DNA of 21,853 bases from Gemmatimonadales bacterium. Lineage in GTDB: Bacteria > Gemmatimonadota > Gemmatimonadetes > Gemmatimonadales > GWC2-71-9. Each line of letters starts with the position of its first letter. Position 1 is the stretch's first letter. Positions 1 through 8,247 of the stretch are shown here, piece by piece. Made by a program: the position numbers and the translations under genes. The DNA lies in assembly GCA_041613315.1 (NCBI GenBank), contig JBFJHJ010000042.1:1-21853 (forward strand), given 5' to 3'. The notes under the pieces are model-generated. The model ran no database searches. It was not told where the DNA came from and saw nothing but the letters and a program-made list of their open reading frames with translations.

Positions 1-560
1 ACCGACAGCACATTGTTGAAATCGTGCGCCACCCCACCGGCGAGGCGCCCCACCTCCTCCAGTTTCTGCGCCTGGCGGAGCTGGGCCTCGAGCATCTCCC
101 GCTCGCGGTCGCGGAGCTGAGTCAGCGCCCGCTCGACGCGTTTGCGCTCCGTGATGTCCTGGCAGGTCGTGACGACGCCGATCGGCTCGCCCGCGACATC
201 ACGCACCACATCCGACAGTAGCTCGACGGGGAACTCGCTCCCGTCCTTCCGCACGTTGACGCTCTCACGCTTCCAACTGGTGAGCGTCCGTAGCGCTTCC
301 CTCGTGAGTGGTGTGCGCTCCCCCTCCGTCGCGAAGACCGCGACGCTTCGGCCTAGCAGCTCGCTCACCGTGTAGCCGTGCATGACCGCATCGGTCCGGT
401 TCGTGTATACGATCCGGCCGTCGGGATCGGTGATCGTCACGCCAAGCTGCATCGTCTCGAGCGCGTGGCTGAGGCGGTGCAGGGTGTCTTGGGACGGCGC
501 CCGCAGGCCCGAGTCCCACGGCCTTGGCTTCACCGGCTGACCATCCATAGGCTCACGCAT
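1..560 (-). CDS. PAS-domain histidine kinase, CckA/NtrB-like, running off the left edge
   Basis: Not in the ORF track. Hand translation from ATG 560 (overlaps the TGA of the upstream receiver gene): MREPMDGQ...GVTITDPDGRIVYTN...RKDGSEFPVEL...QDITERKR...EAQLRQAQKLEEVGRLAGGVAHDFNNVLS. This gives PAS/PAC plus the HDFNN H-box. Confidence 0.92.
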   Translation of the reverse strand, partial: MREPMDGQPVKPRPWDSGLRAPSQDTLHRLSHALETMQLGVTITDPDGRIVYTNRTDAVMHGYTVSELLGRSVAVFATEGERTPLTREALRTLTSWKRESVNVRKDGSEFPVELLSDVVRDVAGEPIGVVTTCQDITERKRVERALTQLRDREREMLEAQLRQAQKLEEVGRLAGGVAHDFNNVLS

Positions 561-1047
561 CGGCCACGCCGCTCTGCCGTGGCGTCGTGTCGGCCGCCGC
601 CAGCAGCGTCTGAAGCGGCTCGCGCAGCTCGTCCAGGGTCCACGGCTTCGCGAGAAACGGGACACCGGAGTCGAGCTGGTCCCACCCACCCTGACCGCGG
701 GACGGGTTCCCGCTCATCATCAAGAACTTCATCTCGCGGTCGCCGCCGTCACGCACCGCGCGATACAACTCGCCCCCCGACATCCGCGGCATCGCCATAT
801 CCGAGAGAATCAGGTCGATCTCGCCGCCACGGGCGCGGTAGATCTCCAACGCCTCGTGGCCGTCCGCCGCGACGAAAAGTCGAAACCCCAACCGTTCGAG
901 GACGCGGCCGGTGAGACGCCGCACGTCCGGATCGTCGTCGACGACCAGGATCGTCTGGCGCGGCCTTCCGGGATCGCCGGCGGACCCGCGATGCCAGTGG
1001 GCCTCGTTCTGCGGCGCCCGTTCCGGTGGTCTCGTCATCAGACTCAT
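553..1047 (-). CDS. Stand-alone response regulator receiver protein
   Basis: ILVVDDD, LILSDMAMP (phospho-Asp), MMSG and FLAKPW motifs; GAGGGAG ribosome-binding site before ATG 1047. Confidence 0.92.
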   Translation of the reverse strand: MSLMTRPPERAPQNEAHWHRGSAGDPGRPRQTILVVDDDPDVRRLTGRVLERLGFRLFVAADGHEALEIYRARGGEIDLILSDMAMPRMSGGELYRAVRDGGDREMKFLMMSGNPSRGQGGWDQLDSGVPFLAKPWTLDELREPLQTLLAAADTTPRQSGVADA

Positions 1048-1057
1048 CGCTCCCTCG

Positions 1058-1255
1058 TTAGTTGCCGACCGGGGGCCGGCTCGCTGAACGCTGTTTCGGG
1101 GTGCGCTTGGACTCTCGCGGCACGGCCTCCCGCCACGCGAAGTGCCGGTCGCAGGACGGGCAGATCACCCACGCCCCCAGAACGTCCTGCCGCACATGCG
1201 TCGTGACCGAGCGGCAGTGGGGACATTGCAGTCTCATCTCCTGTTGCTCCGGCAT
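1058..1255 (-). CDS. Small zinc-ribbon-like protein (CxxC-x17-CxxC)
   Basis: CPHC...WVICPSCDRHFAW. GGAGG precedes ATG 1255 (alternative start 1237). The track start at 1345 lies upstream of the sigma54 promoter. A paralogous motif occurs at 10094-10186. Confidence 0.75.
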   Translation of the reverse strand: MPEQQEMRLQCPHCRSVTTHVRQDVLGAWVICPSCDRHFAWREAVPRESKRTPKQRSASRPPVGN

Positions 1256-1306
1256 AGGTCCGGTCCTCCATTCCATCCGGTGTTCCCGCCTTGCAGCACG
1301 GATAGA

Positions 1307-1322
1307 AGCAGAGACCGTGCCC
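1307..1322 (-). promoter_or_regulatory. sigma54 (RpoN) -24/-12 promoter
   Basis: Minus strand GGGCACGGTCTCTGCT, GG-N10-GC, close to the TGGCACG-N4-TTGCW consensus. Confidence 0.8.
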
Positions 1323-1348
1323 ATGCGATGCCGAGATTCCGCCATGCT

Positions 1349-1374
1349 GTAAGTCCATTTAATACAACCATTTG
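1349..1374. promoter_or_regulatory. IHF-like dyad between promoter and enhancer
   Basis: GTAA-gtcc-ATT-taata-CAA-ccat-TTG; AT-rich, with the CAA-N4-TTR core of the IHF consensus. Confidence 0.6.
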
Positions 1375-1419
1375 AGACACGTCTTATCGTTAGGTGTTGC
1401 CCCGTTTCCCCCGTGCCCC

Positions 1420-1447
1420 GTTACCGGCTCGTAACGCGCGTCGTAAC
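1420..1447. promoter_or_regulatory. Putative upstream activator (enhancer) site, copy 1
   Basis: GTTAC-cggctc-GTAAC-gcgcgtc-GTAAC; the same spacing occurs in three other intergenic regions. Confidence 0.78.
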
Positions 1448-1463
1448 GCTCCCCGACGCGCCA

Positions 1464-1958
1464 CTATTCGGCCGGCGCGTCTTCGAGCGCGTGAAACAGT
1501 CGCGCCTCCAGCACTTCGCGGTCACGCTCGCGCCCGCGGTTCGCCACCTCGCCGCGCTCTGGCCGGTCCGAGATGTCCTGACACGTCGTCACGATGCCGA
1601 TCGGCTCGCCGTCGGCCCCCCGGATCACGTCGGAGAGCAGCTCGACCGGAAACACGGTCCCGTCCTTGCGCACGTTGAGCGTCTCCCGCTTCCAACTCCG
1701 GAGCGCCTGGAGCCCCTCCAGTGTGAGCGGACGGCGCGCGCCCTCCGGCGCGAAGACTTCCACGTCGCGTCCGGCGAGCTCCTCGACCGTGTAGCCATGC
1801 ATCTCGGCCTCCGTCCGGTTCACGTACACGATCCGGCCCTCGAGGTCGGCGATGGTGACCCCCATCGGCATCGCCTCCAGCGCGGACGACAGCCGGCGCA
1901 GGGTCTCCGCCGCTTGTTCCAGTGCGACGCGGTCTGCGTCGCGCTCTTTATCACGCAT
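1464..1958 (-). CDS. Stand-alone PAS/PAC domain protein
   Basis: GVTIADLEGRIVYVN...HGYTVEELAGR...RKDGTVFPVEL...QDISDR; no output domain; starts 18 nt after the stop of the giant barrel gene. Confidence 0.88.
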   Translation of the reverse strand: MRDKERDADRVALEQAAETLRRLSSALEAMPMGVTIADLEGRIVYVNRTEAEMHGYTVEELAGRDVEVFAPEGARRPLTLEGLQALRSWKRETLNVRKDGTVFPVELLSDVIRGADGEPIGIVTTCQDISDRPERGEVANRGRERDREVLEARLFHALEDAPAE

Positions 1959-1976
1959 CGTCGCGCCCCGTGGGTC

Positions 1977-4900
1977 TCAGTTGTGGCCGAGCCGCGCCCG
2001 CCAGAACTCCGCTAGCGACGCAAACGACCGCTCGGTCAGTGCGGCGCCGAACGTGACGAACCACCCGGCCCCGCCGTTCACGGCGAAGTCGGGATCCCGC
2101 AGGTCGCCGAGGCGGTAGCCGCCGGCCACTTCCAGGCCGCGCACCGGCTGCAACACGAGTTGCGGGGCGAGATCCCAGCGGTAGGTGTCGCTGGTGCGTT
2201 CGATGAGCAGGCGACCCTCGCCCCGCACCCCCAACCACGGCGTCATCTCGAGGTCGAGTCGCGCGCCCGCGTAGTCGGCGAGCGATCGGAGATCCTGCGC
2301 CGTGCCGTCGGGGTGGGCGACACTGGCCGAGCTGCGACGCACGGCGTAGCGGGCGGCGAGCTCGCCCCACGCCACCGGCGCCCAGATCGCCTCAGCGGCG
2401 AGGATGGTCCGGGTCTCGTGGCCGTCGGTGGCCAGCACGGCGCCGCCTAGAGGATTCACGGCGTCCACGTACTGCACCTTGGCGAGCACGTTGAGCGCGT
2501 CGGAGCCGACCGGCCGGAAGGCGAGGCCGTTGAGCGACGAGAGCTGCCGGTGCGAGGTGGTCCCGCCGGGCAGCGCCTGCTCCGTCGCCAGCAGCTCCTG
2601 CCGGGTGAGCAGGGCGAACGAGCGGCCCAGCGACACGTCACCGGCCGCGGTGACGAGCCGGCTCGACCGGATCTCACCTTCCCGCAGTTCCCCGCGCGCG
2701 CTCAGGCGATACGGCGCGCCGGGCGGCAGCAGTTCCACCCCCAGGCCGAGCGACCAGTAGTCCTCTTCCTGTTGGAGGAACGGCAGGGCGCGCACCGGAT
2801 CGGCGACCGGTGCAGCGGCCAAGCCCATCCGACGCTCGAAGAGCGCCTGGACGGTCCAGGCCTGTCCCAGCTTGAGGCGGTTGTTGAGACCGACGACGGC
2901 GGCATTGTGCGCCCCGTCGGCGCCGGCGATCTGGTACGAGCCCCACGCCTCGGTGCCGAACCCGATGTCGGTCCGCATCCCGAGATTGGTGAGTGCGTAG
3001 CTCGCGCCGCCCGGCAACAACACCTGGCGATGGAAGGCCTCGAGCGAGACCCGCGGGCCGACGCGGAGCCGGGCACCGCCGCCCACGTGATCCGGCCGGA
3101 CGACGCTCCCGCTGGAGCTGAGCTGGCGGCGGCCCTCGGTCCACAGGCTGAGCGCGGGCACCGGGGTCCAGCTCAGCTTGAACTCGCCGGCCTGTGAGAG
3201 ATCGGTGCCGGTGCCGGTCTCGAACCGATCGGCCGCGACGCCGGCCTCCACCTGGACCTGGCCGCCCAGGGACTGCACCACGGTCCCGCTCGTGCGGGAA
3301 CGGGTCACATCCTGCGCGTCGAAGTGCTGGCTCGTGTGCTCGACGCGAAGCTCGCTCGCCCCGACCTTGAACCGGCCGCCCAGGCGCAGCTCCTCCGTCC
3401 CGCCCTGGAGCGCCACGTTCGCCGGATTGTGGAACTCCTGATCCGCGTGCAGCCACGCGCCACTCAACATCACGGCGCCACCAGCCAGGGACAGGGTGCC
3501 CTCGACGGCGGTCGCAAATCCGCTCGAGTCGGGCGACTCGGAGTGCGCGACCTCGGCCCCAAGCGCGAGCCCGTCACGGCGCAGGATCTTGAGGTCCACG
3601 CCGGCGAGCCGCCGCTCCGCACCCGGCCGCCCGTCCTGGATGAAGGTCGTTCCGAGCTGCAGGGAATCGACCAGGTCGCCCGCCAACGCCCGCGCGTCCA
3701 CCGCCGCCCGCACGCCCCACACCGTGGACGCCGAACCGCCATCCTCGGCCTCGTAGGTCACGACGATGAACACCGGGTTGCCGGACGCGTCGGTGGCCGG
3801 CACCGGGCGCTTGAAGAGCAGGAGCCCCAGCCCGTAGTCGATCTGGTAGTCCACGAACCGGCCGAGCACCTGACGCGCGACCGTCCGCTGCGGGTTCTCG
3901 AACGCGCGCGTCTCGATCGTGATCCGCTCGGTCCCCGGCCTGATATCCGGCCGGAGATTGTAGGGGCCGGACACGCCGGCGCCCCGCACCTGGAGCTGCT
4001 CGACGCGCTGGCTGGTGGAGCTCCCGAAGCCCTGCCACACCACCGGGCCGGTCGTGACGCGGCCGGCGGCCCCCGCCAGCGTCCGATCGTAGCCGGAAAG
4101 GGTGAGTCCCTCGGCGAAGGCGCCGGTCGAGACGTCACCCAACGCCACCCAGTCGAAGCCGCGCTCCAGGCGGGCCGCGAAGGCGTACGGCGAGGCGCTC
4201 ATGGTGCGCCGCGCGCTCGCGTCGCCCAGAATCGGGTAGCGCGACTCCTCCAACGGATCGTACGAGCGACCGAACGCGTCGCGACCGGCGTCGAGCCGCC
4301 GCGAGTCGAAGCTCAGCACGACCGACGTGCGCCGATCCAGCCGCCCTCGCGCCGTCACCGCGCCGAACGCGTCCGGACTCGCGCCCACGCCCACCCGCCC
4401 GACCGCCGTCACCATGAGCGGCCGGATCGCCGGCAAGACCTCGAGCGCGACCTGCTGCACCGCGTCCCCGGACGCCACCCGGAGCGTCCCCGTCCGCACC
4501 TCCCGACCCGGCCGGAGCGCCACGTCCACCCAGCCGGACTCGTCCGAGCGGACCTGCAGCCCGACCGACGACGGATCGGCGTCTGCACCGGCCGGCTCCG
4601 CGCCCTCGGCCGACACGGTCACGAACGCCCCACCCGTCACCGGCACACCCCACCGGTCCACGACCCGGACCGCAACCGTCTCGACGCTCTGCCCGTCCGC
4701 GACGAGTTGAACCGGGGCACCGTTCACCACGAGCCGGGCCGGCCGGCCCGACACGTGGACGGCCACGCTGTCCCACCGCTCCTGGTTCCACGAGTTGGTC
4801 ATCCGGACGCGCAGCACGTGCGGCCCGCGATCGAGGGACACCGCGATGAAGTCGTGCACGCCGTCGGGCCGGAGCTTGGCCCGCGCGATGATCGAGTCAC

Positions 4901-7900
4901 CGTCGAACAGCTCGACCGGCGCGCCCGGCTCGCCGCGCACGCCCACGAAGACCCGATCGCTGGGAAGCACCGCGCCATCGGCGGGGGTGAACACGGTGAC
5001 CGCTGGGCCGTTCAGGAACGCCCGCGTGCCCTCGGCCTCCCGTTCTTCGGCGCTCCTCAAGGCGGCGACGACGACCGGTGCGGACTCACGGCGTGCCACC
5101 GGCGCGATCACTGCCGCCCCCGCCGGGGCGAGCGAGCCCTCCACGGGCCGGAGCGGGTTGTGCACCTCGGCCAGCAGCCGGGTGGGTGACCCGTCGCCGA
5201 GCGCCACCAGGACGGCCGCCGAATCCGACCGGGCCGCGCGCGCGCGGAACGTCCGGGTCGCCCCGGCCGGAATGCTCGCCAGCGCCCAACGCCCGTCGCC
5301 CAGCGCGGTGACGTTGGAGCCGTCGTCGCTCGTCAGTCCCACGGCCTGCGGATCGAAGGTCAGGACGAGACCCGCCAGCGCGGCGCCCGATGGGTTGGTG
5401 ACCGCGACCTCGTACTCCACCGCGCGCGTCGCGCCGTCACGCTCAACGAGACGAACCTCGACCCGACGGTTGCGCTGGGCCGATTCCGTGTCCGACACAC
5501 CGGCCATCGGCTCGGACGAGCCGACCCCTCTGACCGCGACGACCGGGCCGGTGAGACCGCTTCCCTGAAGCTCGTACGCCACCCATTCCGCCCGGGCGTC
5601 CGAGAGGACCCAATTGTTCCAGTACGGCGCGCCCCGCACGTCGGCGCTGTCGGCGTGCCCGACGATCTCCACCACGCAGTCGGGATGCTCGGCGCGCGCC
5701 GTGCTGAGGTGCCGCACGAGCCGCGCCGGGTCGAGCGCGTAGGTGGGCCGCGCGCTGTTGGTCGCGAAGTGTGCGACCGCCGCGCGGTCGGCCCGGGCAC
5801 CCGGCACGAGATCGGCGAGCCCGGAGCAGACGGGGCGCGCGGTAAAGCGCACCGGCACCGGAAGCCGCTCGGCCTGCGGCGCGCCTTTGCGCGGCACGAC
5901 CGCGAAGTTCATCCGGGGCGTCGTCCAACCGCTGCCGTCCCGGACGACGATGTCCGTGCCGGCGCCGACCGCGTACGCCGCCGGGAGCGTCGCGGGATCC
6001 AGCCGGTAGGCGTGGCGCCCGGGCCGCATGTTGTGGAACGAGAACTTCCCGTCCGGATCGGTCGTGACGATCTCGCCGTCGTCGCTCCACACGTCGACCC
6101 CTTCGATCCCCGGCTCACCCCCGTCCTGGACGCCGTTCCGGTTCACGTCGGCAAAGACCTTGCCGATTGCCGCCCGGGTCTCCATCGGCCAACCGCGCCG
6201 GACCCGGACCCACGCCGTCACCGACGCCGACCGCACGAAATCCGCCTCGGCGGTCGCGTAGGCCGTGTTCTCCAGCACCTCGCGGTCGGCCGACACAACG
6301 GCAACCGCGTAGCGGACCGTGTGGCTGGCCCCGGGGGCTAGCGGCCCCGCGATGTAGATCGTGAGGTTGGGTCCGTCCGCCGTGACCGAGTCCGCGCCGC
6401 GGACGCTGCCCCGAGCGTAGCGACCCCCGTCGGGCAGCCGGTCGTAGATCCGGATGTCGGCGAGCGGCAAGGTGCCGGTGTTTCGGACCGTCAGCGTGTA
6501 GGGCGCGGTCTCGCCCAGCCCTACCTCCAACACGTCGGCGGCCTTCTCGAGGTCGAGCTGGTTGGCGGCGATCCCGAACAGCGTCACCGGCGGGGCGGCG
6601 GCCGTGGTCGTCGGACCGTTATCGGCGTCCATGACGACGCCGTTCACGGCCACCACCGAATCGCGGACGCTCGCCGCGACGCTCAGCTGGAGGACGATCT
6701 CGGCCGTGGCGCCCGCCGCCACGTCGCCGACCGCCCAGGTGAGGACCGATCCGGCGACGGCCGCCGCGGGCGTCGCGCTCACGTAGTCGAGCCCCGTCGG
6801 CAGCGTGTCGGTCAAGACGACGTTGCGCGCGGCGACCGTTGGCGAGGTATTGCCGTAGCGGATCCGATAGGCCACCACGTCGCCCACGCGCGCCGTCGCC
6901 GCGCTCTCGAGCAGCTTCTCCACGAAGAGCTCGGGGAGCACGAGCGTCGTCGTCACCGCGTTCGACACGACGGAATCGGTGCCGGCGACCGTCTCGTAGC
7001 TCGCCCGGGCCACGTTGGACGGCGAGCCGCGTCCGTCGAGCCTCGCCTGGAAGCTCACCGTGCCGCGAGCGCCCGGCGCCGCGGCGGCGATCGTCACACT
7101 CACGCGGTTGGCGCCGGCGTCGTAGGCGCCGGCATCGTCCCCGGCGACGTCGGTGAGCGGCGCGCCGTCCAACAGCAGGCTCCCCGCCACGTAGGCGGTG
7201 CCGAACGGCACGGCGTCCGTGATCACCAGGTTGGTCGCCGGAGTCGACCCGCTGGCGTCGTACGTCACGGCGTAGGTGACGACGTCGCCCGTGGTGGCCG
7301 ACGCCAGGTCCACGACCTTGGAGAGGCCCACCACGATGCCGACGTCCCGCACCGACACGATGTCCTGGAGCTGGTCGGCGACCGCCGCGTCGAACTGGCT
7401 GACCCCGCGAACGTCGATCGTGTCGGCGGTGCCGCGCACGGTGGCGACGCCCGGGACATCGACGACCACGAGCAGGTAGGCCGAGTCGCCCGCGGCGAGC
7501 GCGACCGGTGCGGTGACCAGGGGGTCGCCGGCGTCCAGCGCTCCGTCACGATTGGCGTCGATGTGGAGGCGGACGGCCCATCCGGCGCGCGAGACGGCCG
7601 TCAGGGCGACCACGTCGCTGCCGTTGCCGAGGTTCGCCAGCGTGTGCGGGAAGACGACCGTGTTGCCGGGGTCGGCGATGCTCGTGCGCGCGGGCTCCAG
7701 ATCCAGGCCGGCCACCTGCCCAACGGTGAGCAGGGAGGTGTCCGACGTCACGGAGAGGGTGAGGCCGTTCGCCGCCTGGTAGGTGGCCGCGGCCCAGTTG
7801 CGGATGGTGGTACCCGCGGGCGTCTGCGCCCGCAGCTCGGTCCCGCCCAGCGCCAGAAACGCCACAAGCCCGGCCACCATCACGTGACGGTGCCGGTGCC

Positions 7901-7943
7901 AGCGTTCCTTCGCTGTAAGACCGACTGCGAGCCAGGTGTTCAA
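1977..7943 (-). CDS. Giant secreted outer-membrane protein: DUF11 repeats, SdrD-B-like domain, OmpA-like domain and predicted large C-terminal beta-barrel
   Basis: TTG start after AGAGG; signal peptide ending ELRA|Q. Three GD/E-x-x-x-Y...TD/YDxxP DUF11 repeats; GKVFADVNRNGVQDGGEPG; OmpA motifs FATNSA, IVGHADS, LSDARA, RNRRVEV; about 800 aa of alternating amphipathic strands at the C-terminus. Confidence 0.9.
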   Translation of the reverse strand: MNTWLAVGLTAKERWHRHRHVMVAGLVAFLALGGTELRAQTPAGTTIRNWAAATYQAANGLTLSVTSDTSLLTVGQVAGLDLEPARTSIADPGNTVVFPHTLANLGNGSDVVALTAVSRAGWAVRLHIDANRDGALDAGDPLVTAPVALAAGDSAYLLVVVDVPGVATVRGTADTIDVRGVSQFDAAVADQLQDIVSVRDVGIVVGLSKVVDLASATTGDVVTYAVTYDASGSTPATNLVITDAVPFGTAYVAGSLLLDGAPLTDVAGDDAGAYDAGANRVSVTIAAAAPGARGTVSFQARLDGRGSPSNVARASYETVAGTDSVVSNAVTTTLVLPELFVEKLLESAATARVGDVVAYRIRYGNTSPTVAARNVVLTDTLPTGLDYVSATPAAAVAGSVLTWAVGDVAAGATAEIVLQLSVAASVRDSVVAVNGVVMDADNGPTTTAAAPPVTLFGIAANQLDLEKAADVLEVGLGETAPYTLTVRNTGTLPLADIRIYDRLPDGGRYARGSVRGADSVTADGPNLTIYIAGPLAPGASHTVRYAVAVVSADREVLENTAYATAEADFVRSASVTAWVRVRRGWPMETRAAIGKVFADVNRNGVQDGGEPGIEGVDVWSDDGEIVTTDPDGKFSFHNMRPGRHAYRLDPATLPAAYAVGAGTDIVVRDGSGWTTPRMNFAVVPRKGAPQAERLPVPVRFTARPVCSGLADLVPGARADRAAVAHFATNSARPTYALDPARLVRHLSTARAEHPDCVVEIVGHADSADVRGAPYWNNWVLSDARAEWVAYELQGSGLTGPVVAVRGVGSSEPMAGVSDTESAQRNRRVEVRLVERDGATRAVEYEVAVTNPSGAALAGLVLTFDPQAVGLTSDDGSNVTALGDGRWALASIPAGATRTFRARAARSDSAAVLVALGDGSPTRLLAEVHNPLRPVEGSLAPAGAAVIAPVARRESAPVVVAALRSAEEREAEGTRAFLNGPAVTVFTPADGAVLPSDRVFVGVRGEPGAPVELFDGDSIIARAKLRPDGVHDFIAVSLDRGPHVLRVRMTNSWNQERWDSVAVHVSGRPARLVVNGAPVQLVADGQSVETVAVRVVDRWGVPVTGGAFVTVSAEGAEPAGADADPSSVGLQVRSDESGWVDVALRPGREVRTGTLRVASGDAVQQVALEVLPAIRPLMVTAVGRVGVGASPDAFGAVTARGRLDRRTSVVLSFDSRRLDAGRDAFGRSYDPLEESRYPILGDASARRTMSASPYAFAARLERGFDWVALGDVSTGAFAEGLTLSGYDRTLAGAAGRVTTGPVVWQGFGSSTSQRVEQLQVRGAGVSGPYNLRPDIRPGTERITIETRAFENPQRTVARQVLGRFVDYQIDYGLGLLLFKRPVPATDASGNPVFIVVTYEAEDGGSASTVWGVRAAVDARALAGDLVDSLQLGTTFIQDGRPGAERRLAGVDLKILRRDGLALGAEVAHSESPDSSGFATAVEGTLSLAGGAVMLSGAWLHADQEFHNPANVALQGGTEELRLGGRFKVGASELRVEHTSQHFDAQDVTRSRTSGTVVQSLGGQVQVEAGVAADRFETGTGTDLSQAGEFKLSWTPVPALSLWTEGRRQLSSSGSVVRPDHVGGGARLRVGPRVSLEAFHRQVLLPGGASYALTNLGMRTDIGFGTEAWGSYQIAGADGAHNAAVVGLNNRLKLGQAWTVQALFERRMGLAAAPVADPVRALPFLQQEEDYWSLGLGVELLPPGAPYRLSARGELREGEIRSSRLVTAAGDVSLGRSFALLTRQELLATEQALPGGTTSHRQLSSLNGLAFRPVGSDALNVLAKVQYVDAVNPLGGAVLATDGHETRTILAAEAIWAPVAWGELAARYAVRRSSASVAHPDGTAQDLRSLADYAGARLDLEMTPWLGVRGEGRLLIERTSDTYRWDLAPQLVLQPVRGLEVAGGYRLGDLRDPDFAVNGGAGWFVTFGAALTERSFASLAEFWRARLGHN

Positions 7944-8000
7944 GTTGACCTCTTTGCTCGAGCGTGCTGCGGTACTGCTGCCTAGGCGCTGGCTACCAGT

Positions 8001-8016
8001 AGCACGGGACGTGCCG
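8001..8016 (-). promoter_or_regulatory. sigma54 -24/-12 promoter
   Basis: Minus strand CGGCACGTCCCGTGCT, GG-N10-GC, about 60 nt upstream of the 7943 start. Confidence 0.78.
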
Positions 8017-8039
8017 CGGTGGGCGCTGCGGGGCCGATC

Positions 8040-8066
8040 GTAAGCCCTTCTTTCACAATGGATTAC
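8040..8066. promoter_or_regulatory. IHF-like dyad
   Basis: GTAA-gccc-TTC-tttca-CAA-tgga-TTAC. Confidence 0.62.
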
Positions 8067-8106
8067 AGACCTTCAGAGCAGTGGGGAAACCACGGAAGGG
8101 GCTCCG

Positions 8107-8134
8107 GTTACCGTCCGGGAACACGTCGAGTAAC
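8107..8134. promoter_or_regulatory. Putative enhancer site, copy 2
   Basis: GTTAC-cgtccg-GGAAC-acgtcga-GTAAC. Confidence 0.78.
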
Positions 8135-8187
8135 CGCGCTGGGGGAGGCGGGATCGTGAGTCGGGGTGGCGCGTGCCCAAACGACGA

Positions 8188-8217
8188 GCCCCCATCGGCC
8201 CACGGGCCGATGGGGGC
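8188..8217 (-). terminator. Strong hairpin after the shaft-like gene (terminator or mRNA stabiliser)
   Basis: Perfect inverted repeat GCCCCCATCGGCCC-ac-GGGCCGATGGGGGC, 30 nt after the stop. It is followed on the minus strand by TCGTCGTTT, a weak U-tract. Confidence 0.65.
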
Positions 8218-8247
8218 GGTGTCGCTCCGCCCGACTTTGGGGGCGGG

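Noticed and set aside
265..519. Track ORF of 84 aa on the minus strand
   Set aside because: It is an alternative frame of the PAS kinase that starts at 560.
1464..1520. PAS gene as a frameshifted kinase or diguanylate cyclase pseudogene
   Set aside because: Only promoter elements follow the stop, and no catalytic-domain remnant was seen in other frames.
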